Source: Pirellulales bacterium (lineage in GTDB: Bacteria; Planctomycetota; Planctomycetia; Pirellulales; S012-138). From it: a stretch of 64,000 nt of DNA. The stretch is taken from positions 110,145 through 174,144 of the forward strand of contig JALCBR010000001.1 of NCBI GenBank assembly GCA_028066245.1, written 5' to 3'. This document shows, piece by piece, positions 1-7,492 of the stretch (its first letter is position 1; the number at the start of each line of letters is the position of its first letter). A program made the translations under genes and the position numbers. The notes under the pieces were generated by a model, which was given only the letters and a program-made list of their open reading frames with translations, did not search any database and was not told where the DNA came from.

Positions 1-543
1 ACCATCTATCAAAGGGGTGATGCATTCTTGTTGACCGTTGCCATGCCCGGCTTCGGTGACATCGTCAAAGGGAGAAATGGTGATCTGGCGTGGGGCCCTC
101 GGAAGGATGGCTCGTTCGGAAAACTGGAAGGCAAGGAGAAGGAGCAGTTCTTGCGTGACTCCCAGTTGCATGAACAGCTGAGTTGGATTGGCTACGATGG
201 CCAGGTCAGTACAAAAGGACACGTCGTGATCAACGGAAAGCCATGCTGGCATCTGTTGTTTGAGCCGAGTTCCGGTAACGCAGTGGACCGTTATTTTGAG
301 AAAGACTCGGGGTTGTTGACCAAGATCAGCATGGTCAGCGCGACGGAAACTGGAGAGGTGAGCGTGGAAACGTATCTCTCCGACTACCGTGAAACCTCAG
401 GAATCAAGACGGCTTGCGAGATCAAGCAAGTGCAGGACGCAGGTGAACAGAAAGTGGAAACGGTTTACCGGTTCACAGAGGTGAAAGCCAACGAGAGCAT
501 TCCAGATAGCTGCTTTGAACCACCGCCAGGTATCGACGGTTGA
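1..543 (+). CDS. hypothetical protein, C-terminal part (5' end off-window); possibly a LolA-like beta fold
   Basis: Frame 1 is open from nt 1 to the stop at 541-543, so track ORF 28..543 only marks the first alternative start. No catalytic motif seen. The fold guess rests only on a weak impression from the C-terminal '...FEPPPG' ending. Confidence 0.45.
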   Translation, partial: TIYQRGDAFLLTVAMPGFGDIVKGRNGDLAWGPRKDGSFGKLEGKEKEQFLRDSQLHEQLSWIGYDGQVSTKGHVVINGKPCWHLLFEPSSGNAVDRYFEKDSGLLTKISMVSATETGEVSVETYLSDYRETSGIKTACEIKQVQDAGEQKVETVYRFTEVKANESIPDSCFEPPPGIDG

Positions 544-918
544 GCGGCCTTCTTTGGGCCTGTGGGTGGCCGCGTGATGAGTTACTTGGGCGTGCCCGCG
601 CGCGGCGCGAACGGGACAAACTTGACCGATGACAACTTCATTGGTACGCGTGAGAGCGTGGTACCTCGGCTTCCCCAGACAGGCCCAAATTTAAACAGCT
701 TGATGTGAAGAGCGGCAGGGCATTTGCCAGAAGCCTCTTTTATTGCGAGTTTCAAGAAATAGAATATTTTCAGGATTGAGGTTTCTGTGCTGTGGGGGTG
801 GGCATACGCTTGATTCGCTGCTTCGCGCAGTCTCTGATTGGCGATTCAGTCACCGCGGTTGGCATCAATACAGGCGTTCGCCTGCGCCAACCTTCACTCG
901 TTCGAAGGGTATCTCACG

Positions 919-1506
919 ATGAAACGTCCTCTCTGTTACGTGGTTGTTGCGACACTTGGCGCTGCCATCCTCTCCAGCACTGTTCTCGTTTCCTCCGCTG
1001 CTGCGCAATCGCCGGAAGAAATACTGCGACGAGATGAAGGTACCTGGAAAGCGGAGCTGAAGTTCGTCATGCCAGACGGGAGTGAATCGGTCATGAACGG
1101 AACAGAGACAAACCGGATGTTGGGCGACTGGGTCATCTCTGATTTTGTGGGGGAAGTCGAAGGCCAGCAGTTTTCCGGTCACGCCGTGTACGGTTTTGAC
1201 CAGGAGAAAGAGAAATTCGTCGCCACTTGGGTAGATAGTATGCCACAGGAAGGCACTCCCAGGCGGCTCGCTTTGATGCTGGGCGAATACGACAAGGAAT
1301 CGGATACGTTGACGATGCACACAGAGGGATACAACATGGAAGGAGAAAAAGCCAAAGAGAAGCACGTCCATTCGTACGATGGAAGCGACAAACGGACAGT
1401 AACGTTTCACCAGCAGGGCAGAGACGGCGAATGGGCTGTCATGATGGTCGTCAGCTACACGCGCATTCAACAAGCCGGTTCTGGGCGGACAACGGCGGAC
1501 AAATAG
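919..1506 (+). CDS. DUF1579-family secreted protein
   Basis: ATG at 919 precedes a signal-like segment 'MKRPLCYVVVATLGAAILSSTVLVSSAAAQ'. The body 'GTWKAE...MLGDWVISDF...FSGHAVYGFDQEKEKFVATWVDSM' matches the DUF1579 pattern as I remember it. Confidence 0.6.
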   Translation: MKRPLCYVVVATLGAAILSSTVLVSSAAAQSPEEILRRDEGTWKAELKFVMPDGSESVMNGTETNRMLGDWVISDFVGEVEGQQFSGHAVYGFDQEKEKFVATWVDSMPQEGTPRRLALMLGEYDKESDTLTMHTEGYNMEGEKAKEKHVHSYDGSDKRTVTFHQQGRDGEWAVMMVVSYTRIQQAGSGRTTADK

Positions 1507-1557
1507 TCATAGCGAGTCGAGCGAAACGATTAAGTCATCTCGCGTTGTTTGAAATTA

Positions 1558-1599
1558 CACAAGACGACGTTTGGAGGATGCTCCAGGCGTCGTCTTGTG
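1558..1599 (+). terminator. strong hairpin between the DUF1579 and HEAT genes (terminator-like, no clear U-tract)
   Basis: Perfect 12-bp arms cacaagacgacg (1558-1569) and cgtcgtcttgtg (1588-1599), with an inner tggag/ctcca stem. It is not followed by a T-run. Confidence 0.4.
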
Positions 1600-1663
1600 C
1601 ATCACACTCGTCCGTTAGGAAGTAACCGGCGAAGCGAATCCCCCCGTTTGCAGGAGTTCAGAC

Positions 1664-2167
1664 ATGGCAGAGCAAGGTCTTGAAGAACTAATCGCGAAGC
1701 TGAATTCATCGGACGTCGTTTCGCGACAGGAAGCGGCCGAGTGTTTGATGTCGTTGGGGCCCGACGGTCAGCTCGCTACGATCGCGCTCTGTAAAGCCGC
1801 TGGTGATTCGGACGAGGTTGTGCGTGAGTCTTCTGTGGCTGCACTCGAGGAACTCGGTCCTCCCGACATCGGTGATTGCCAGCGTCTCGCCGACCTCCTA
1901 CCGACGGACAATTCCGAGGTCGCGTATTGGGCTGCCACTTTGCTGGGACGATTGGGTGATGCCGCAGCCGGCCAGACGGCGTTAATCGCCCAAGCTGTGG
2001 CTGACCATCCTTCCGCCACCGTCCGGCAGCGGTGCGCTTGGGCATTGGGAAAGATCGGGCCGGCCGCGAGAGCCGCAATCAGCGTTTTGGAATCGGCTTT
2101 GGAGTCAGATGACGCTCGATTGGTGCGCTTGGCGACGGCCGCGCTGGACGAGATTCGCGGCGACTAG
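1664..2167 (+). CDS. HEAT-repeat (PBS-lyase HEAT-like) protein
   Basis: ATG at 1664 with a 'caggag' SD 7 nt upstream. Repeated 'D..VR..A..ALG.iGp' units run through the 167-aa product. Confidence 0.7.
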   Translation: MAEQGLEELIAKLNSSDVVSRQEAAECLMSLGPDGQLATIALCKAAGDSDEVVRESSVAALEELGPPDIGDCQRLADLLPTDNSEVAYWAATLLGRLGDAAAGQTALIAQAVADHPSATVRQRCAWALGKIGPAARAAISVLESALESDDARLVRLATAALDEIRGD

Positions 2168-2323
2168 AACGCCTGTCCGACTGCTGTTCCGCTTGCCCAG
2201 CCGGACGCTGTCACGTCATCCCGCGATGTCCAGCTTCGTCAAGTTTTGTGGCAGAATATCAAAGAAAGCGCTTTGATAAATACCGATTGGCAAAACATCC
2301 ACTTTCTCACCTACCAACTCGCG

Positions 2324-4021
2324 TCAACGCGTCCAGTTGGTTTTCTTCCGGGCCATTTGTGTCAACTCTTTGGCCATCTGCTTGAAGCATTCAGACCAGC
2401 TTGCGGGCCGTTGCGATCGAAACAGTCGCATCGTGGGATACCAGGGAGTGCGCTCTCCTGTGAGCCCCCAACGCCAGCTCGGCCAATCCGCCAAGACCGT
2501 CCAAGTGGGAACATCGAGTGCCCCGGCAACGTGCGCCACACGATTGGGGACTGTGATGACCAGATCCAAAGCGGAGATCAGGCTGGCAATGTCATCGACA
2601 TCTCCAGCAGGTTGCACGAAGTCCCAATGGACTAGCTCTGCCCGTGGGTGAAGATCCAAGGCCGATTGCCATTGTTGATCTGAACCTGGGCCTTGCAGGT
2701 TGATCAAGTGTACACCTTCAACGTCCAGAATCGGTTTCCAGTTCGGAATGATTGTTTCGCGAGCGTTTGCCGATCCGTCTTGCTGCTGGCGCAGACCGTC
2801 CCAAGAGATGCCAACTTTCAAGCCTGGTCCAAGATCAAACAGATTGCTACGGTGCATTTCCCGCCAACTCTCATTGGCGACTAAGGGAGGCATGTTTTCG
2901 GGGAATCTCGCTGAGTTGCCTCTCAAGTGGCGGGGCATGCTGGCAAGAGGCGTCCAGAAATCAAAGGATGAGGTTAACTCTTGCGAGACCGTTCCTGATG
3001 GGACACATTCAATGTGCTCCAAGGAACGCTGGAAGAGATCAAGCAAAGATTGATCGATCTCAAGGACACACTTTCGGGTATTCATCTGACCTTGGCATAA
3101 CGCCAAGTCGTGCAGGCATGACGCGAACATCAAGTTGTCAATCAGTAGGTTTTCTCCGCGAACGAAGAGAGACTTTCCCTGCAATGGGCTGCCGTCCCAC
3201 AACGCGCACTCCGAAGGACTCCTCTTCGCAATTTCGGACGTCCTCCAACGCCATTCGTATTGCTGCCAGCCGTAGCTCCACTCTCCCTGTTGAAGAGCAA
3301 GCATCCCACGCCCCCACCGTGATGCCGCATCGCATTGATCTTGGGCCAGGGCTTGATCCAGCAAAGCGACCGCGTCGTGAACGTGACCTCGCGATCTTTC
3401 GATTTCCGCCAAATGCAAGAGAGCCACTCGGTTCTCTGGATCGATCTCAAGTACGCGGCGGAGCCGGATTTCTGCTGTTTCCGTGCGCGACTCCGCAATC
3501 AACATGGACGCCCACATCAAGACTGCATCTAAGTTTTCCGGCTCGATTTCTGTCGCATGTTGCAGAAGCGCTTCCGCCTTATCGGTTTCACCAGCGTGGA
3601 TATGGTGTTGCGCCATGCCCAGGCACGAGGGCAAATGATTGGGATCAACTTCCAGTGCACGCTGAAACAGTCGTGCAGCGCGGTCATGTTGACCTTGATG
3701 CTGCATTTGTTCGGCCAACTCGAAGTAGTACCCAGGGTTCGTTACGTTCGCCGAGATGCTACGAGCGATGTCACGTAGCGCTTTGTTCCGGACTGTAGAT
3801 GTTTCGGTGATTTCTTGCAGTTGGCGAGCATGGAGGTCTGAGGCGACCTCGGCGGGGAGCCCGCTCTCGGCCTTGCTCGTGCCGGCAGGATCGTGTGCGC
3901 GGGGGACGATTCTGCGCACACTTCGACGTATGCGTCCGCGAGAGCGTGAGATTGCCGCCGACGAATCGGAGTTTGGCAGACTTTGCTCCGAGGCGTCATT
4001 TTCATTGTTCGTCGAAGACAT
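2324..4021 (-). CDS. TPR-repeat protein with a C-terminal glycosyltransferase family 9-like (GT-B) domain
   Basis: N-terminal half carries TPR units ('AARLFQRALEVDPNH', 'AEALLQHATEIEPEN', 'RLRRVLEIDPEN'). C-terminal half carries 'WQQYEWRW...ALWDGSPLQGKSLFV...' and 'DIASLISALDLVITVPNRVAHVAGALDVPTWTVL...TPWYPTMRLF', typical of TPR-GT9-like proteins. Confidence 0.75.
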   Translation of the reverse strand: MSSTNNENDASEQSLPNSDSSAAISRSRGRIRRSVRRIVPRAHDPAGTSKAESGLPAEVASDLHARQLQEITETSTVRNKALRDIARSISANVTNPGYYFELAEQMQHQGQHDRAARLFQRALEVDPNHLPSCLGMAQHHIHAGETDKAEALLQHATEIEPENLDAVLMWASMLIAESRTETAEIRLRRVLEIDPENRVALLHLAEIERSRGHVHDAVALLDQALAQDQCDAASRWGRGMLALQQGEWSYGWQQYEWRWRTSEIAKRSPSECALWDGSPLQGKSLFVRGENLLIDNLMFASCLHDLALCQGQMNTRKCVLEIDQSLLDLFQRSLEHIECVPSGTVSQELTSSFDFWTPLASMPRHLRGNSARFPENMPPLVANESWREMHRSNLFDLGPGLKVGISWDGLRQQQDGSANARETIIPNWKPILDVEGVHLINLQGPGSDQQWQSALDLHPRAELVHWDFVQPAGDVDDIASLISALDLVITVPNRVAHVAGALDVPTWTVLADWPSWRWGLTGERTPWYPTMRLFRSQRPASWSECFKQMAKELTQMARKKTNWTR

Positions 4022-4146
4022 GCTTCTGCTCCTGGCAATGCCACGGTCACGGCGGTGATCTGGCCGCCTAGATTCCAGGGAAGCGTAGCTTATTCCGACA
4101 AGGTGCGACGCGGGGTGAATAGCGCACGCGCTGAGATTGTTAGCGC

Positions 4147-4188
4147 AAACAAAAGACGACGGCCCGTCACAAGGAGCGAGCCGTCGTC
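4147..4188 (-). terminator. rho-independent terminator downstream of fliC
   Basis: 9-bp arms gacgacggc (4155-4163) and gccgtcgtc (4180-4188). On the minus strand the hairpin is followed by TTTTGTTT (plus 4147-4154). It lies 41 nt after the fliC stop. Confidence 0.7.
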
Positions 4189-4228
4189 GTTATGATCCGA
4201 CCGCGTTGGCCTACGCAGTATTTTCAGC

Positions 4229-5968
4229 TTACCGAAGCAGGGCCAACACGTTTTGGGGATTACTGTTGGCGATCGACAGAACGGATGTACCGGACTGCAC
4301 CAGAATCTGGGCTCGTGTCAAGCTGGCGCTTTCGGCGGCGAAGTCGGCGTCGCGGATCGCACTTTCCGCGTCAGTCAAATTCTCAAGCGTATCGCTGAGT
4401 GCGAAGATGTTGGTTTCCAGAGTCGTTTTCTGGAACGCACCCAACCGCCCGCGAAGTCCTGTCACCTTGCTGATGACTTCGTCCACGATCTTGGCCGCAG
4501 CACCCGGATCTGCCGAGAGCGACTTGGAACCGCCAGAACGAATCTCGAACAAGCGTCCGCTTGCTCCACCCAATCGGGCGGAGTTCAAGCTTTGGATGCC
4601 CAAACGAGCTTGCTGGTTGGTCACCACATCCGGACCAAGTTGGAACAGGGCTCCGCCACCGATGATGCTGAAGTCAACATCGGTTGATGATCCGTCAGAG
4701 ACCGTCACGCTCAAGTCGAGGGCTGCCGTATTCAGGGAGAGGGTGTTCCCCTTTCCGTCAGCCAGAACGCCGTTGACTGTAGCAACGATGTCTGTTCCCT
4801 CGGCCCGCAGGGCACTCAGGTTGGCGGTGAAAGTCCCGATTGAGTCTTCGCTGATGACATCCACGGCGACGAAAGAATCGCTTCCGTAGGTTGAAGAATC
4901 CAATTCCAGCACACCGGAGTTGTTGGTTGCTGTAACGCCGGTGGCGTCCGAAACCAGGTTCACAGCGGCGACAATCTGGTCAACCGTCGTTCCGGCTTGG
5001 AAGCTGAAGACTTCCGTTCCAACGCCATCGCTGATTTCCAGCGTGATGTCTTGAACGGTGTAGGTATTGCCAACGGTCGTGCCGGCGAATCCAGCCGCAG
5101 AGGCGTCAACTGAACCACCACCTGTACTTCCCGCGGCGTCGGCCGTCGTGAAGGTACCATCCAGGTCAATGGCCGTTTTGATCGCGGCGGCGCCAACGTT
5201 GGCGAAGTTCGCGTGGTCACTGTCAAAGGTCAGAGTCAGCGTGCTTCCAGCAAATGCGGCAGCCAATTCTGGGCCAGCACCACCGCCAGCGGCCACAGCG
5301 GTGACCACGTTGACGTTGTTGAATGTCTCGCCGGCGGCCGCAGCCGTGAGCAAGATCTCGTTGTTGGCTCCGGCGAAGTCAATCACGCCCGTGGCTTGAA
5401 GTGACGCAACAGTCACTTGAGCTTGTGTGGCCGCGGCCGAGATATCGATATCGACATCCAGCGTACCGGCCGAACCCAGGTTTGCCTGGTCAATTTGGAC
5501 ATCTTCAATTGACGCAACATTGGCGGCCGTGGTGATGAAGTTCAGGCTTCCGTCCAGCAACCGTCGGCCCTGGAAACTGGTCACCTGGGCGATACGGTCG
5601 ATGGCTTCCAAGCTGGAGTCAACCTGCAACTGGTTGGCTGCAATTTGCTCATCGCTCAAGGCACCCGTATTCGCGGCTTCCGTAATCAAACCACGAATAT
5701 CATTCAGCAGGGAGCTGACCTGTCCCAACGCAGAGTCAGCCGTCGCGATCACCTGATTGGCTCGTTCACTGTTGCCAATGGCACTCTTCACACTATTGAT
5801 ATCGCTTCGCAGAGCTTCGCTGGCAATCAAACCGGCTGGGTCGTCCTTACCAGTGTTGATGCGGAGACCCGTGCTCAATCGGGTTAGAGCGAGTTGCAGG
5901 TCGTTGTTCGAACGCGCCAACGTCTTTTGCGCGACCAATGAACTGACATTTGTATTGATCCGGGTCAT
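4229..5968 (-). CDS. fliC: flagellin
   Basis: N-terminus 'MTRINTNVSSLVAQKTLARSNNDLQLALTRLSTGLRINTGKDDPAGLIASE' and C-terminus 'DADFAAESASLTRAQILVQSGTSVLSIANSNPQNVLALLR' are canonical flagellin D0/D1 segments. The central region is long and rich in Thr, Ser, Ala and Gly. Confidence 0.95.
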   Translation of the reverse strand: MTRINTNVSSLVAQKTLARSNNDLQLALTRLSTGLRINTGKDDPAGLIASEALRSDINSVKSAIGNSERANQVIATADSALGQVSSLLNDIRGLITEAANTGALSDEQIAANQLQVDSSLEAIDRIAQVTSFQGRRLLDGSLNFITTAANVASIEDVQIDQANLGSAGTLDVDIDISAAATQAQVTVASLQATGVIDFAGANNEILLTAAAAGETFNNVNVVTAVAAGGGAGPELAAAFAGSTLTLTFDSDHANFANVGAAAIKTAIDLDGTFTTADAAGSTGGGSVDASAAGFAGTTVGNTYTVQDITLEISDGVGTEVFSFQAGTTVDQIVAAVNLVSDATGVTATNNSGVLELDSSTYGSDSFVAVDVISEDSIGTFTANLSALRAEGTDIVATVNGVLADGKGNTLSLNTAALDLSVTVSDGSSTDVDFSIIGGGALFQLGPDVVTNQQARLGIQSLNSARLGGASGRLFEIRSGGSKSLSADPGAAAKIVDEVISKVTGLRGRLGAFQKTTLETNIFALSDTLENLTDAESAIRDADFAAESASLTRAQILVQSGTSVLSIANSNPQNVLALLR

Positions 5969-6255
5969 AGCCGTTCCCTTTCACCGTGTGCGTTGTGACG
6001 CGTTGCCTGTCAGGCGTGGTTGTGAAATGTTTCCTCTGGCGTGCCTTCGCACTGATAATCAGTCCATTCGTGCTGGATACAGTCCAGCGCCCTACTCACA
6101 AATGATCGACAAGGCAAACTAAGAGCTTTAGGAGTTTTGGAAAGTCAGGCAATCTGACGGTACTTGAGCAGTCTCACAGCACGCTCAGTTGCTCCCCTTC
6201 ATCGGCCCCCGAGATCAAAGCATCTCGTGCTGCATTGAAGATCGCTCAAACATAG

Positions 6256-6289
6256 AACAGGCCTGCCGCGCGAGCGCGGCAGGCCTGTT
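6256..6289 (-). terminator. GC-rich hairpin downstream of csrA (terminator-like)
   Basis: Near-perfect palindrome aacaggcctgccgcgc / gcgcggcaggcctgtt. The minus-strand tail reads CUAUGUUUG. It separates csrA from the fliC promoter region. Confidence 0.55.
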
Positions 6290-6348
6290 AGATTTTCGCA
6301 TTATTGAAAGTCGGCGGTGATGCGACTGTTGGAGTTATCGCAACCGGT

Positions 6349-6588
6349 TCATTCAGCCCGACCGGGCGAGCCCGAGTCGTTCATGGTCTTGGTATCGTTG
6401 GGGTCAATGCGACTTGCGCGGAGATTCTCTCGCTGAATCGCTTCGTAGACTTCTCTTCGGTGGACAGGGATTTCGGTCGGGGCATCAATCCCCAATCGGA
6501 CCTTGTCCCCGCGAATATCAACAATGGTGATCACAATGTTGTCACCAATTATGATGCTCTCGTCGCGTTGTCTCGACAGAACAAGCAT
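6349..6588 (-). CDS. csrA: carbon storage regulator CsrA (flagellar type with a C-terminal extension)
   Basis: '[52 protein letters not shown]' is the canonical CsrA fold sequence. It sits directly downstream of fliW. Confidence 0.9.
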   Translation of the reverse strand: MLVLSRQRDESIIIGDNIVITIVDIRGDKVRLGIDAPTEIPVHRREVYEAIQRENLRASRIDPNDTKTMNDSGSPGRAE

Positions 6589-6804
6589 CGACGGCTCCTT
6601 CCATAGTCCTTCGCCGGATGGCGGACCGGCAGTTCGCGCTTGTTGTTCAGTGATGCAAATCCCGATGGGTCCGCAGGGGTAGTTCTTTGATCGACTTGCG
6701 GAATTTCCGCCTCGACATGAGCTTGCCCATTGTGGATCCGAGTAATCGCGTGGGTCACGCCAAAAGGAACGATTGTAGCTCCTGGAGGAAACAATCTGTT
6801 TCGC

Positions 6805-7245
6805 TCAGGCGCTGCGACGGAGCGCTTTCGCCGTCGCTTCCAGGGGAAGCCTCAGTGGAGCATCGCCGATGGCAATCACTTGCCGGCCCAGGCGATGCGG
6901 AAGATTGATGACCAACGGTCCCTTGAGGTTGAGCGTGAACTCATCCGCATTACTGCTGACAATCGACAGCACCTCCGCGTCCTCGCTCCGAGATAATCTC
7001 AAGGGGGTCAGGTCGTTGCGGGCGACCCGCAATTGATAGCTAGGCAGGAATTTGCGGGGGGACACAACCGCCAGAGCGATCTCCGGGCGAGTTGTGCTTT
7101 GGAGCCAAGCCAGGCTCTCGCTGCCACAGTCGGCCAGCAAAACCCACTGTCGACAGTCTTCAAGTCCGATTAACCCTTTAGGAAATCGGAGGATGTCGGC
7201 AGCGTCAATTGCCAATAAGCCGAAACGGCTTGTGAGAATCTGCAT
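6805..7245 (-). CDS. fliW: flagellar assembly factor FliW
   Basis: 'FPKGLIGLEDCRQWVLL...WLQS...ALAVVSP...Y......L......NLKGPLVINL' matches the FliW pattern. Its position between flgL and csrA supports the call. Confidence 0.88.
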   Translation of the reverse strand: MQILTSRFGLLAIDAADILRFPKGLIGLEDCRQWVLLADCGSESLAWLQSTTRPEIALAVVSPRKFLPSYQLRVARNDLTPLRLSRSEDAEVLSIVSSNADEFTLNLKGPLVINLPHRLGRQVIAIGDAPLRLPLEATAKALRRSA

Positions 7246-7492
7246 GGCGATGGTCCCTCCTTGGCTTTGTTTCCTGGCTTGTCAGAAGGCAACGGATGAA
7301 TGGCGGCGGACATGCGGTCGATCCCTCCATCATGGAGAAATCGACGCGCCCTCCGCGCGACAACTCCGTGTGCCGCGATGACAAGCAACATTCCTCATCC
7401 ATCCCGCCTGAAGAGCTTCCCTACTCTTTGTGAAGCGGGACAGGGAATTCATCGACCATGACGATTAGAAGCGACCAGTCAAAATACGGAAT

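Noticed and set aside
6075-6095. Sigma-54-like GG-N10-GC (cTGGactgtatccaGCa on the minus strand) in the fliC leader.
   Set aside because: Only the invariant GG and GC dinucleotides match. The flanking consensus (TGGCAC...TTGC) is poor, so the match is probably due to chance.
6549-6794. 81-aa ORF in the 216-nt gap between fliW and csrA.
   Set aside because: It overlaps the csrA start out of frame and has no motif. The gap is more likely a csrA leader or promoter region.
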